A DNA stretch of 64,000 nucleotides from an uncultured Methanomicrobiales archaeon (GTDB lineage Archaea > Halobacteriota > Methanomicrobia > Methanomicrobiales > Methanospirillaceae), in assembly GCA_963758915.1 (NCBI GenBank), contig CAVWXH010000016.1, forward strand, positions 224,001 to 288,000, read 5' to 3'. Made by a program: the position numbers and the translations under genes. Shown here one piece after another: positions 42,819 through 53,273 of the stretch; within the stretch, counting starts at the first letter, position 1; each line of letters begins with the position of its first letter. The notes beneath the pieces are model-generated. The model did no database searches and was not told the origin of the DNA. It was given only the letters and a program-made list of their open reading frames with translations.

Positions 42819-43595
42819 TCAGGCGGTACCGTTGATAATATACATCCTGACAGATACATTCACTTTATTTCCCGACATTTCAATCTGGTAGTTCCCGAAA
42901 CTACGTACGCTGACTGTCTTTTTCGTATCGCCACCGAAGGTTTTTCCAAATCCGTCATCAAGGACAACATTTCCCGTAGTTTTATCCAGGACTTTAATTT
43001 CAAACCATGCATCAGGACTTAACTGGGTTACATGTGTATATACATCCGCCCGTTTCGGGTCCACAACACCCCCACCCGTCCCGGTTGTTGCACCCGATAA
43101 GCTTCCACTCCTGCTTTCAGACCATATTGTCAGATCATCCATCTTGGGCTTGACGTCAAAATCTATCATTAATGGTGGTTTTTTAAGATCGTAGGCATAA
43201 GCGACGGTGTAATCTTTTAATGAAAGTTCATTATTGTAGATATCCTGGTAATTACGGATGATCTGGGTCGGATCTGCATATATCGACAGGTTCCTATAGG
43301 CAGGGCTGTTGTCAGAAGTTACCGGATATGTCGGGACCTGAGTAAGGTAGCGTGTATCGTCCGGCATAGGAGTTGGTGTGGGACTACCCTGGCTGGCTGC
43401 TATCCCTGAATTTTGTGTGTTTTCCTGGGCTTGTTGTTGAGGATTTCCTCCTGTTCCTGGTACCAGGTAATTGGTACCCTGAGACTGGCTGTTTGCTGGT
43501 GCTGGGTTATCCTTTGTCGGGACGATACATCCGGCTGAACATACAACTGCAACAATGAAGAGTATCAGGATATAATATTGGATCTTCTGGCTCAT
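42819..43595 (-). CDS. putative lipoprotein
   Basis: Lipobox CSAGC; Q/P/T-rich linker. Confidence 0.7.
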   Translation of the reverse strand: MSQKIQYYILILFIVAVVCSAGCIVPTKDNPAPANSQSQGTNYLVPGTGGNPQQQAQENTQNSGIAASQGSPTPTPMPDDTRYLTQVPTYPVTSDNSPAYRNLSIYADPTQIIRNYQDIYNNELSLKDYTVAYAYDLKKPPLMIDFDVKPKMDDLTIWSESRSGSLSGATTGTGGGVVDPKRADVYTHVTQLSPDAWFEIKVLDKTTGNVVLDDGFGKTFGGDTKKTVSVRSFGNYQIEMSGNKVNVSVRMYIINGTA

Positions 43596-43751
43596 TGATC
43601 CCAACTTATTCTGATTCCTATATATTCCTTTAGAATCAACCTGACAGACTTCATATTTTTTACCTGGTTTTATTTCACTATCCATTCTTGAGGTTAATTA
43701 TGAAACAAACGATAACAAAAAAATGATAATTGTTTTTCAAATTAAAAAATA

Positions 43752-43943
43752 TCAACTATCCAGTCGTTTGAATACACCCTTTTTAACTTTTAATATTTTG
43801 CACTCAGGACATCGCCAGGTATCAGGAACTTTTTCGAACGGTGTTCCGGGCGGGATATTTCCCTTCGGATCACCTTTTGCAGGGTCATAGATATACGCGC
43901 ACTCAAGGCAGATATAGCGGCAAACTGATCCGGTCTCACTCAT
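43752..43943 (-). CDS. rubredoxin
   Basis: [14 protein letters not shown]....[18 protein letters not shown]. Confidence 0.92.
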   Translation of the reverse strand: MSETGSVCRYICLECAYIYDPAKGDPKGNIPPGTPFEKVPDTWRCPECKILKVKKGVFKRLDS

Positions 43944-44271
43944 AGGTAGTAATTTTCCCGGAAAGGTTAAAAAATTCTCCCAAAATAACCAGATGATCTC
44001 TTCTAATCTGAAAGATTGGATCGGTCGCCCTTTTCTGCCTTATAAATGCGATGTATGCTGCAGGTCAAAATAATCATGACCGTTATCCGCATTGATAACC
44101 TGCCCGGGTTCCTGGTACCGGGTTATTGTTACTAACCAGCCAGAAATTTCCATATCCCTAACATTCATATACTCTGGTTGCAGAAACGATTAACAGGAGC
44201 TGAATAGTATTTCCGAAGGAGTAAAAAAATCCTGGAATAAAAAAGAGGATCTCCTGAATCTGTCAGATGAA

Positions 44272-44616
44272 ATGGCACTTAAAGCCGATCTCCTTGCATT
44301 TGAGAGCAGATACGAGGAGGCTGACCAGTACTATGAAAAAGCACTGCAGTTAAACCCATCGAATGCGAACCTGTGGGCATTTAAAGGGATCAACCTGAGT
44401 GGGGGGCTCAACAGGGATGAGGAAGCAAGGAAGGCCTGGGAAAATGCAAAAAGACTGGACCCGGTCCTTGCAGATGCCATTGATATGAAGAAAACAGAAA
44501 AAGACGAGGGTGAGGAATTCGCCAGCCCTGTGTTATGTGGGATGCCGGATAATATCCGGGATAAAATCAAGCAGCTGATGCAAAAACAGAAAGAACAGCT
44601 TGATAGCTGTAAATAA
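44272..44616 (+). CDS. TPR-repeat protein
   Basis: YEEADQYYEKALQLNP..ANLWAFKG; the open frame extends upstream without an ATG. Confidence 0.75.
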   Translation: MALKADLLAFESRYEEADQYYEKALQLNPSNANLWAFKGINLSGGLNRDEEARKAWENAKRLDPVLADAIDMKKTEKDEGEEFASPVLCGMPDNIRDKIKQLMQKQKEQLDSCK

Positions 44617-44642
44617 CATTTTTCACCTGTATACAGGGCCCG

Positions 44643-44867
44643 TTATTTCTTCATTGGTTCATCAATATCTACATCTTTTACAGAGCCCATCTGGTGAACT
44701 TTTTCAAGCTCCACGAGGACCGGTGCGATTGTACCGGAATCTATGCAACGTCGCGCAATCCTTGTAATCTTGCGCACATGATAAATATGGGCCATCTGGA
44801 AACTGATCAAAAGTCCAAAACACAATGTGACGATGCAGATCACCAGCTCTCCCAGAAGATCAACCAT
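44643..44867 (-). CDS. small single-TM protein (tandem paralog 1)
   Basis: TM helix followed by ARRC....TIAPVLVELE. Confidence 0.6.
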   Translation of the reverse strand: MVDLLGELVICIVTLCFGLLISFQMAHIYHVRKITRIARRCIDSGTIAPVLVELEKVHQMGSVKDVDIDEPMKK

Positions 44868-44901
44868 GGTGAGCACCTCTTAATGCATGTTTTTTGTTCA
44901 T

Positions 44902-45078
44902 TTAGGATTCCCTCTCAAGTTCGGCGATGAGTGGTGCAATAGTCTGCACTTTTTCACACTGTTTGGCTACCACCAGGAAACGTTTTGTATAATACCGCAC
45001 GGTCACCTTGTAACCGACAATAATTCCGATGATAACCATAATCACGCCACTCATCAGGTAAATTATAATATCGTCCAT
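44902..45078 (-). CDS. small single-TM protein (tandem paralog 2)
   Basis: TM helix followed by AKQC....TIAPLIAELE. Confidence 0.6.
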   Translation of the reverse strand: MDDIIIYLMSGVIMVIIGIIVGYKVTVRYYTKRFLVVAKQCEKVQTIAPLIAELERES

Positions 45079-45342
45079 CTGATCTTCCTGATATAGTGTC
45101 ATGCACGAACGATCAGATAAAATTATCCCAAAAAGGCAAAAAAATCCGGATTTTTGTATCAAAATTAAATTCCTAACACAGTCTGTAATATTTCAGGCCG
45201 GAGGATTATCGTGCCGGATTTATGATTTAATGAAGGAACCTATTGTATTCTTCTATTACCAGGGTAATCTTCCAGACTGGTCACTTCTGTCAATAGTGAG
45301 TGGCTGTAAGTTCAAATCTGATATATTCAAATCAGATGACAG

Positions 45343-46207
45343 ATGAATATTCACGATGAGGTGGAACGGATTACGATCATCACATTTGCCCATCATAAGG
45401 GGGGTACAGGTAAGACGACATCCTGCCTGAATATTGCAGGATTTCTCGTAAAATCCGGTAAAAATGTGCTGGTTGTTGATGTTGATCCACAGGCCAATGC
45501 AACTTCAGGTCTTGGCATAAGCCCTGATTCATTGAAGGCTCAGCATGTATGATCTCTTTATGGGGAAATGCCAGGGGTATGAGCCCATAACAATTATTGA
45601 TTGTATCCAGAAGACCAAATCGGGAATTGACATCGTTCCTTCAAATCTTGAACTGGTTGGTGCCGAGCCATTTCTCTATACTATGGAAGACCGGGCGAAA
45701 ATGCTGTCCGAAATACTGGCTCCCGTAAAAAAAAGGTATGACTATATCCTGATAGACACACCCCCCAGCATGGGACAATTTGTGATAAACGGACTGGTAG
45801 CATCAGATCATACCGTAGTCACCTTTGACCGGGGTGTATTTGCACTACAGGGCCTGCATACGCTCATGACAATTTTTGCCGATATCAGAGAAATTGTTGG
45901 GAACCGGATAACGCCGGATCTCGCAATCCTGACCCGTTGGGATTGCAATGTCGCAGGAAAACGAGGAATAAAGGCATTTTTTTCCCGTTTTTCATTGAAG
46001 GATTCATCTGACCGCGTAAAAGAAGAAGTGCTGGTCCGGGAATTTGAGGAGGAAGTCCGGAAGTATTTCAACCTGGTATATACAGTGCCCTACAGCAGGG
46101 AGATATATGAGGCCCAGAGGGCCGGGTTACCGATTTCACATTTTGCCCCGGATAGTCCTGCTGGTAAGGCATATTCCGGCATAGCAGAGGTAATACAAAA
46201 ATGGTAA
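45343..46207 (+). CDS. parA: ParA/Soj-family ATPase; +1 frameshift near 45538
   Basis: KGGTGKTT, VDVDPQANAT, then DYILIDTPPS and EAQRAGLPI in the next frame. Confidence 0.88.
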
Positions 46208-46231
46208 TTATTATTTGAGGAGGGGATTCTG

Positions 46232-47608
46232 ATGGTCGCAGATAATGCAGTAGAAGGTACTGGATCTGAACTGAATGCAAAGGCGGGAAGGAGAGCACTT
46301 CTCCTCGGAGTACCCTGCAGGACAGCCTCCGGGCCTGTTCACCCGGCACCGGGAGAAAATGTGATACTATCCAACATAGAAGAACAACTCTGGAAAGGAC
46401 TAAAAGGGGATTATTCAGGCCAGATTAATGAAGCAAACGTTGATGCATCATGGCAACCTCTCGTTAAAGCAGTAAATGAGGTTAACCGGAAGATGGAGGG
46501 GGAAAATACAGAAATTCTTCGTCTCCGCAGGATTGAGGACGCCAGCAGCAATCAGGAATCCCAACTAACTGAATTATCTCTCCTCAAGGAAAGTGTTTTT
46601 ATTAAAAATCCGATGCCCCTGCTCCTCCTTGATACGGTACAGCAAATACATGATGTCAATGAGGCGTTCTGCCGTGTAAGCGGTTTATGTCCAGAAGAAT
46701 TAAAGGCCATGAATTACCAGGATTTCAACATTGTTACAACCCGGGGAAACGGGGTACAAGACGTCCTGAAATTTAAACGTCACAATGTCAGCGACCTGAT
46801 TATTGAATTTCCCTCGGGTGTACATGCCTTTGAGCAGTATAGTATTCCCATGATTACTGATTCCGGTTCATTATCCGGTATAATGGTAGTCTTTTATGAT
46901 AAGACTGCCAGTCTGCAGGAAGAGGAACAGATGAAGAGCGAAATCCAGGAACTGAAACTGCTTCTCGAAGAGGAATCGAAAAAGAAGGACCTCTCCCCCA
47001 AGCTGACAGGAATTCCCGCTATTCCGAATAAAGTTGTCCCAGCGGCTGAGCCCGGATTTACTGTCGCGTCACCTTTAACTGAAGATAAACAACAAAATGG
47101 GAAGAAAGATGCAAAAAAAAGCCTCACGTTTGATGTTGTGGAATTTGATCTGTGCGGGGAGAAATATGCCCTAGATATCAATCTCGCCCGCGAGATTGTT
47201 GAGATGATGCCGATCACCCCGATACCCTGTTCTCCCGATTACCTTCGTGGAATTATGAACCTCCGTGGTGAAATAACCAATATTATTAATATTACCGCAA
47301 TTCTCGGCCTGCCAGCCCGCGATGAAAATTCAGGCAGTAAAATTATTGTATTATCCGCAGAAGCAACAGGAGGAGAGAATATCGGGGTGATTGTGGACGA
47401 TGTCCAGAGTGTCATCCAGATTAATGAACGTGATGTTGAGCACCTTGGTGAAGGGTTGTCGTCCCAGTCCTCTCTGCACATCAAAGGAATTATTAAAATC
47501 GGAAGCAGGGGGCTTGACAAAAAATCAGAGACTGATGAAAAAGACCTCGTTATCTGGCTTGATATGCTGAAGGTTATCGAGGATCTGTCCATCCAGAAAT
47601 CAAAATAA
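46232..47608 (+). CDS. PAS-domain + C-terminal CheW fusion protein
   Basis: PAS-like NPMPLLLLD....DVNEAF; coiled coil; CheW part VVEFDL..EKYALDI..AREIV, GIMNLRGEI, IGVIVDDV. Confidence 0.85.
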   Translation: MVADNAVEGTGSELNAKAGRRALLLGVPCRTASGPVHPAPGENVILSNIEEQLWKGLKGDYSGQINEANVDASWQPLVKAVNEVNRKMEGENTEILRLRRIEDASSNQESQLTELSLLKESVFIKNPMPLLLLDTVQQIHDVNEAFCRVSGLCPEELKAMNYQDFNIVTTRGNGVQDVLKFKRHNVSDLIIEFPSGVHAFEQYSIPMITDSGSLSGIMVVFYDKTASLQEEEQMKSEIQELKLLLEEESKKKDLSPKLTGIPAIPNKVVPAAEPGFTVASPLTEDKQQNGKKDAKKSLTFDVVEFDLCGEKYALDINLAREIVEMMPITPIPCSPDYLRGIMNLRGEITNIINITAILGLPARDENSGSKIIVLSAEATGGENIGVIVDDVQSVIQINERDVEHLGEGLSSQSSLHIKGIIKIGSRGLDKKSETDEKDLVIWLDMLKVIEDLSIQKSK

Positions 47609-47854
47609 TACCCTTAAACGGAGCAACGTTTGGCTTTGTAAAATTACGTTTCAATCGATCCTGAGATTAGGGTATTCCAAAACTGGATCACGTTCCGCTT
47701 TAACTCAACCTGTTTTTACCAGCTGAATATTCACAAAATCCTTTATTTACCGCAATAAGAGGAATTTCCTTATTGTGCGATTGAACCCCGATAATGACTA
47801 ACCTGCAATATCCGTGTTAATAATACAGTTACCAATTGGAATATGCCTTTTTAG

Positions 47855-48068
47855 GGCTCTGTAGAAATCCTCTTAAATCTATTTTGCAGATTGGTGATTC
47901 CAAAATTTCGTCACGCTCCCGGGGCTCATGGCCGCCGCTTTGGCGACCCAGATTGGGATAGAGACTATTCTCCAATACTCTGATTTTTAATGAGACTTCG
48001 GGAAACCCTCTCCCGTCTTCGAATTTCACTCCTATTTGTTATGACACCGAAGGGTTTTCAACAAAGTT
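47855..48068. mobile_element. MITE-like element, copy 3 (internally shorter)
   Basis: GGCTCTGTAGAAA ... TTTCAACAAAG; interior matches 3431-3578 and 3621-3685. Confidence 0.72.
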
Positions 48069-48246
48069 TAAAAAATCAATAAGTCTATAACAGATGAATC
48101 CTGATGTAAAGTTGTACAAGATCCCTGAAAAATTAATTCCAGTGTTGATTGAGAACGTGTTTCTTATATTATGGTATAGAATAATCAGTTGCTTATAAAA
48201 AACGGGTTTGTAATTCATGTGTTATGCTTCCCGGGAATGATTCACC

Positions 48247-48744
48247 ATGGCAGAGACAAAAGATATTGTAGAGTTTGAAATCGGAAGCGGGCTCTACGGG
48301 ATGGATATCAGTCTGGTACGTGAGATCGTTGAGATGTTACCAATCACCCGCCTCCCGGGAAGCCAGAACTGTATTGTAGGTGTGATCAATCTCCGTGGGG
48401 AGGTGACCATGATCATATCAATCAACGAACTGCTGAGCATTAACGAGGAATCAGAGAAAAAAAACGGTAAGATAATTGTAATGGTACCGGATTTTACCGG
48501 AGGTTCCAATATAGGGATTATCGTTGGAGAAGTACACAGCGTCCTTTCAATACCCGTTGATGATATTGAACCTGTAACTGGCATACTTGCCACCGATTCC
48601 GGAGGGTTTGTGAAAGGAATTATAAAAACTTCTTCAGGTGATAAGGAAAGACTGGAAGAGGCAGGGAAAAAGTCATGCTTAATGCTGTACCTGGATATCG
48701 AGAAGATTCTTACCGATCTTCGTCTGCCCTGCAATATCAGGTGA
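48247..48744 (+). CDS. cheW: chemotaxis coupling protein CheW
   Basis: IVEF, VREIV, GVINLRGEV, IGIIVGEV. Confidence 0.92.
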   Translation: MAETKDIVEFEIGSGLYGMDISLVREIVEMLPITRLPGSQNCIVGVINLRGEVTMIISINELLSINEESEKKNGKIIVMVPDFTGGSNIGIIVGEVHSVLSIPVDDIEPVTGILATDSGGFVKGIIKTSSGDKERLEEAGKKSCLMLYLDIEKILTDLRLPCNIR

Positions 48745-48753
48745 GACCGGAAA

Positions 48754-49545
48754 ATGGATGATTTTCATACCCTCACGGCTACAATAGAACGGCTCCTTCA
48801 CATACGGTGTGGAAATTATAAGGAAGATTATATCAAACGTCGTCTTTCCTCCCGCATGAACGCCGCGAACATCAAAGAATATCTTGCCTACAATAAGTAC
48901 CTCCTGTCAAACCCTGAAGAACAGGAAAAACTTCGAAATGCCCTGACAATTAACGTTACAAAATTTTTCCGTGACAAGGAAGTATTTGAAACGGTGAAAC
49001 GGGAATTAATCCCCGAAATCCTGAAAAAAAAGCAACGGGTCCGTATCTGGAGTGCAGGGTGTTCATCCGGCGAGGAACCGTACAGCTATGCTATTGTTCT
49101 TTATGAGATCGGCCTTACCAATCCCACTATGGACGCATTGATTATTGCTAGTGATATTGACTACGAAATCCTAAAACGGGCAAAAGCGGGTGTCTATGAA
49201 AGACAGGCACTTGATAATATGACAGAGCTGCAGATCAAGAAACATTTCACCCTTCTGCCAGACGGGAAATATGAAATTAAACCCCATATCCGGGAAAAGG
49301 TACGGTTTCAATATCATGACCTTATGCGGGGAGAACCTGTAGCAAAATATCTTGACCTTATCTCCTGCAGGAATGTAACTATTTATTTTAATGAACAGCA
49401 AAAAAACGATCTTTGCAAGGAATTTCATAATGGCCTCGTTGCCGGAGGATATTATGTAATGGGTCTTTCAGAATATCTGGGAAAGGAAATGGAACCTCTC
49501 TTCAAGTCGTACCGCCCTCTCCTGAAAATATTTGTCAGGCAGTAA
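48754..49545 (+). CDS. cheR: chemotaxis methyltransferase CheR
   Basis: TINVTKFFRD, IWSAGCSSGEEPYS, CRNVTIYF. Confidence 0.96.
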   Translation: MDDFHTLTATIERLLHIRCGNYKEDYIKRRLSSRMNAANIKEYLAYNKYLLSNPEEQEKLRNALTINVTKFFRDKEVFETVKRELIPEILKKKQRVRIWSAGCSSGEEPYSYAIVLYEIGLTNPTMDALIIASDIDYEILKRAKAGVYERQALDNMTELQIKKHFTLLPDGKYEIKPHIREKVRFQYHDLMRGEPVAKYLDLISCRNVTIYFNEQQKNDLCKEFHNGLVAGGYYVMGLSEYLGKEMEPLFKSYRPLLKIFVRQ

Positions 49546-49568
49546 TCTGCCTCTGTAATTCTTAATAA

Positions 49569-50159
49569 TTAGAGGGATACCCGGTATTCAATAAGTGATT
49601 GTGCGGGTAATTTTAATCTGACATGGGCACACCGTCTTGGATAGAGTTCATCCATTATCTGCAGGGAACACCTGTCCATTATACCCCCTAAAAGTATGTC
49701 ATAACGTGCCTCTTCCTCCCGAAAAAATAAAAGGACTGCATCAAGTTTTTTTGGCCCCTTGGACTCAAGGATCAGGCTGGTGAACCTGGCCCCAATCTCG
49801 ACAGGCAGGTCCTGGATTTCGTCGTCAACAATGAGCCTGATACTATTCATTTCAATTCTGCCACCTTCGATGATGGTAAATTCCATCTCGATATCAGCAC
49901 GGTGGAGGACCTGCATACTGACACTGATAAAATTCAGAAGATAATCAAAAAATATCTTTTTATTTTCCTGTAATTCTGTGGACAATGCTTTGACTGCAAG
50001 GTCCCTGGCATGTTCAGGGATTACGATCTCCTCACGGATCGCCCGGATTAGTTCAGCACGCTGCCTCATGCGGGCAAGCATAGTCTGGACACCTGAAAAC
50101 CGTTTCCAGAATTCATCGTCAGGTGTTGTTCCCCTGAGTTCGACCTGATTTTCCCTCAT
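49569..50159 (-). CDS. hypothetical protein
   Basis: 196-aa ORF starting 1 nt after the stop of the upstream small membrane protein. Confidence 0.65.
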   Translation of the reverse strand: MRENQVELRGTTPDDEFWKRFSGVQTMLARMRQRAELIRAIREEIVIPEHARDLAVKALSTELQENKKIFFDYLLNFISVSMQVLHRADIEMEFTIIEGGRIEMNSIRLIVDDEIQDLPVEIGARFTSLILESKGPKKLDAVLLFFREEEARYDILLGGIMDRCSLQIMDELYPRRCAHVRLKLPAQSLIEYRVSL

Positions 50160-50160
50160 G

Positions 50161-50415
50161 TTATTTCCCGTTATTCTTATCCCCTTGTATACTTTCAGGT
50201 TTCATTGAAGTAATATTCTTCATCATTTGTTCCTGTTTTTTATGACCTCGCATTTCTGCAGCGACGAGGATGAAGTTAAATCCGACAACAATAAGGACGA
50301 GTGAAAGACCCACCCAGAGCATCATCCCCTGTGTAAGAAGGAATACCGCCCAGAGTAATGCAACAAAACAAATCAGATAAAAAAAAACCCATGTCCTCAC
50401 GTTAAGAATGTTCAT
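50161..50415 (-). CDS. small two-TM membrane protein, paralog of 5009-5209
   Basis: FVALLWA...QG.MLWV motif. Confidence 0.65.
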   Translation of the reverse strand: MNILNVRTWVFFYLICFVALLWAVFLLTQGMMLWVGLSLVLIVVGFNFILVAAEMRGHKKQEQMMKNITSMKPESIQGDKNNGK

Positions 50416-50769
50416 AAAACTATGGTGTCTATCAGCAAGTGGCAATATAAATGTATCATACCCGGCGTATCCCGGACCTGGTCATGTTACAATAATCAGC
50501 CAATTTTTCGGCCTTATTCATCTATCCACAGATAAATATTGACATTTAAGCAATCAGGTGGCCGGGTAAAAATGGGAACTATCTCCCCTTTGTTGTCTCC
50601 GTCATAATCTAAAATGGATAAGGTATAATGGATGAGAAATTGTATTAACAGATACTCTCACACAATCAACAGGACTGGACTCCTGATAAAAATACCCGGA
50701 TTAGTGGTTATGATACGAGACCTGAGTGCAGGCTGGATGATAGTTGGATGAAAAAATGGTGAAAATGGA

Positions 50770-51747
50770 ATGACTGCATCACATAATAGTTCACCTGCCC
50801 TGGATAAACTGGTAACCCACATCGAGGATATCCTGGAGACCGAGATTATAGTCCACAGGGAAAAAGAAGCCCCTGCACATGGGATCCTCCTCGATACCTA
50901 TTCATATACTACCAATAAAAATGTCATCGTTTTTTCAAGTGCACAACTCGGATTATTAAAGGACTTTGTTATAGCCCAGAACAGTCTCCGTTTGCTTATG
51001 AGGGGAATAGCTCACCGGAGAGGAAATTACCGTGTCCTCTCCTATGATGCAGAAACTGCCGGGGTTGGCATGACCCAGATCTATCTTGATACACTAAAGG
51101 ATGAAAAAACAAGAAATCTCGGGGTCTGGCAAAAAAAGAAACTGATGTATTACCTGTACATGCTCTTCCATGAATCGATAACGGATGTTCCATGGGAGAT
51201 CTTGTCAAACGTGTATATTGCGAAACGGTGCAGGGTATTGCAGAATGCACAGACCTACTTCCTGGTAAAAGAGAGCATGAAGGATATGCACGAACTGGTT
51301 TCGTTTAAAGATATGCTCCCACGCCGGTACTTTGTCCTGCACAATGCGATGTACTATGCAAGGGATATGTACCTGGCAGATATAACGGCCGAGTTGAAAT
51401 TAAACCCGCTGATAAATATCCCGGAACTCCAGAAATTCAAGAACCTTGATGTGAAAGAGATGATGTCGCACCGGTGGAGCCAGTCATACTGGTACCATAC
51501 AAAACTCGTAGGCGACGCGATGACAAATATTATTAAAATGGTACTGACGTTTGATTTTTCCGGGAAACTTGATGAAAACTATTATTACCGGATGTATGAG
51601 TTCGGCCAGGAGATTACAAACCGGTGGCTGATGATGATGAGGATGCAGGAATGGTACCGCTGGGAACCTCCCGGACACCTCCGCGATGCTGAAACACGGG
51701 GGGATGAAATTGAAAATATTGCGACACAGTTTGTCTTTGGTATATGA
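50770..51747 (+). CDS. hypothetical protein
   Basis: 325-aa ORF with GGTGA RBS; no recognised motif. Confidence 0.75.
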   Translation: MTASHNSSPALDKLVTHIEDILETEIIVHREKEAPAHGILLDTYSYTTNKNVIVFSSAQLGLLKDFVIAQNSLRLLMRGIAHRRGNYRVLSYDAETAGVGMTQIYLDTLKDEKTRNLGVWQKKKLMYYLYMLFHESITDVPWEILSNVYIAKRCRVLQNAQTYFLVKESMKDMHELVSFKDMLPRRYFVLHNAMYYARDMYLADITAELKLNPLINIPELQKFKNLDVKEMMSHRWSQSYWYHTKLVGDAMTNIIKMVLTFDFSGKLDENYYYRMYEFGQEITNRWLMMMRMQEWYRWEPPGHLRDAETRGDEIENIATQFVFGI

Positions 51748-51950
51748 CCGGTAAGACGTTTCGGGTCCATTTTAAGACTTCGGCATGCAGCCAGTCGTCA
51801 GGAATGGTAGTATTCGAACTATCCTGGTTGCAATAACATTTTGAGGATGTATAGTGCCAATTATGGGTGACTCAGGAATTGCACCAATCGGTTTAATTTG
51901 TTACAAGGAACCATAAGGATCTGGTAAGTCCCCCGGATGGATATTGAAAA

Positions 51951-53111
51951 ATGAAACGGCTCGATCAACATATCCAGGAGATCCAAAATGGCGAATCCTT
52001 AAAAATAATGGTGATTAGCGCATTTGCAATATTTGCCCTTATTGTGACCCTGTTCACCATCCAGGTACGGGACCAGTTATTCTCCTCGCAGATCTACACA
52101 CTGTTACCACACCTGTACATTATTCCCGTAATTCTTGTGGCACTCTGGTACCCGAAACGAGGCCTCCAGATTACGGTCCTTATTATTACGGCAATCATTA
52201 TTCTTACCGCAATCCTGTACAACACCGGGATCACCATAAATCCTGTGCTCTCCCTCCTGAATGCCGGCCTCGATATCATGATATTCGTCGCGGTTGCCCT
52301 GTATGCCAAGGACCGGAATATGGTTGATGCGGCACTGAAGGATTTCTTCGAACGGTCCGGCATGATGGATACCGGTACCGGGAGTAACAGTGAAGGAAAA
52401 GGGAAAGCAAAAGTAAAATTTTCAGGTGATTTTGACGAGGTCACCGTTGCCCTCCGGAGTAATGATGATGATACCAGGGAGGAGGCCGCACGGGCTCTCG
52501 GGGAACTTAACGACCCGAGGGCAGTGACTCCGCTTATTTCTGCACTGGAGGACAAAAACCATTATGTCCGTCGTGAAGCTGCCAAGTCCCTCGGTCGCCT
52601 GGGCGATGAACGGGCAATTCCTGCGTTACTACATGCCCTCAAGGATGAGGACCGTTCCGGACGGGAAGGTGCTGCAGAAGGTCTTGCCGAACTGAAAGAT
52701 ATGGCATTGGACCCATTAATCAAGGCATTAAAAGACCCTGACTGGCATGTCCGGATGGGTGTCCTTGTCTCACTGCGGATAATCGGGGATAAAAGAGTAA
52801 TTCCCGATATTATTGATGCATTAAAGGACGAGAACCGGTTTGTCAGAAGGGAGGCTGTAAAATCCCTGGGGCGTATCGGTGATGAGCGGATGGTTGTCCC
52901 CCTGACAGGTGCGTTGCGGGATGAAGACCGGAGCGTCAGGATGAGAGCGGTAGGCGCACTTGCAAAATATGGTGGTGATTCTACCATCGAGCCCCTTATA
53001 GAAGCATTAAAGGACAGTGACAGCGGTGTCAGGCTCCGTGCGGTCCAGGCGCTGGAAGAAACAAAAGACCCGCGGGCAATCAGGGCACTCCATAGCTACC
53101 GTTGTTATTGA
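51951..53111 (+). CDS. membrane protein with N-terminal TM domain and HEAT/PBS-lyase repeats
   Basis: About 4 TM segments (HLYIIPVILVALWYPKRG), then about 7 repeats of L..AL.D....VR..AA..LG..GD. Confidence 0.88.
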   Translation: MKRLDQHIQEIQNGESLKIMVISAFAIFALIVTLFTIQVRDQLFSSQIYTLLPHLYIIPVILVALWYPKRGLQITVLIITAIIILTAILYNTGITINPVLSLLNAGLDIMIFVAVALYAKDRNMVDAALKDFFERSGMMDTGTGSNSEGKGKAKVKFSGDFDEVTVALRSNDDDTREEAARALGELNDPRAVTPLISALEDKNHYVRREAAKSLGRLGDERAIPALLHALKDEDRSGREGAAEGLAELKDMALDPLIKALKDPDWHVRMGVLVSLRIIGDKRVIPDIIDALKDENRFVRREAVKSLGRIGDERMVVPLTGALRDEDRSVRMRAVGALAKYGGDSTIEPLIEALKDSDSGVRLRAVQALEETKDPRAIRALHSYRCY

Positions 53112-53273
53112 AAGTACCTGACCGGTGAATTGGGAGTATAATCCTTCTTCAATGAATCTGATACCAGATACCGGTGGTAAATATCGGGACAATCGATATT
53201 ATTATATAGGACTGAAACAATCTAACATTTGCAGTATGTTCTGGAGGGATCCAGCGTCTGCGAGGTGTAGTAA

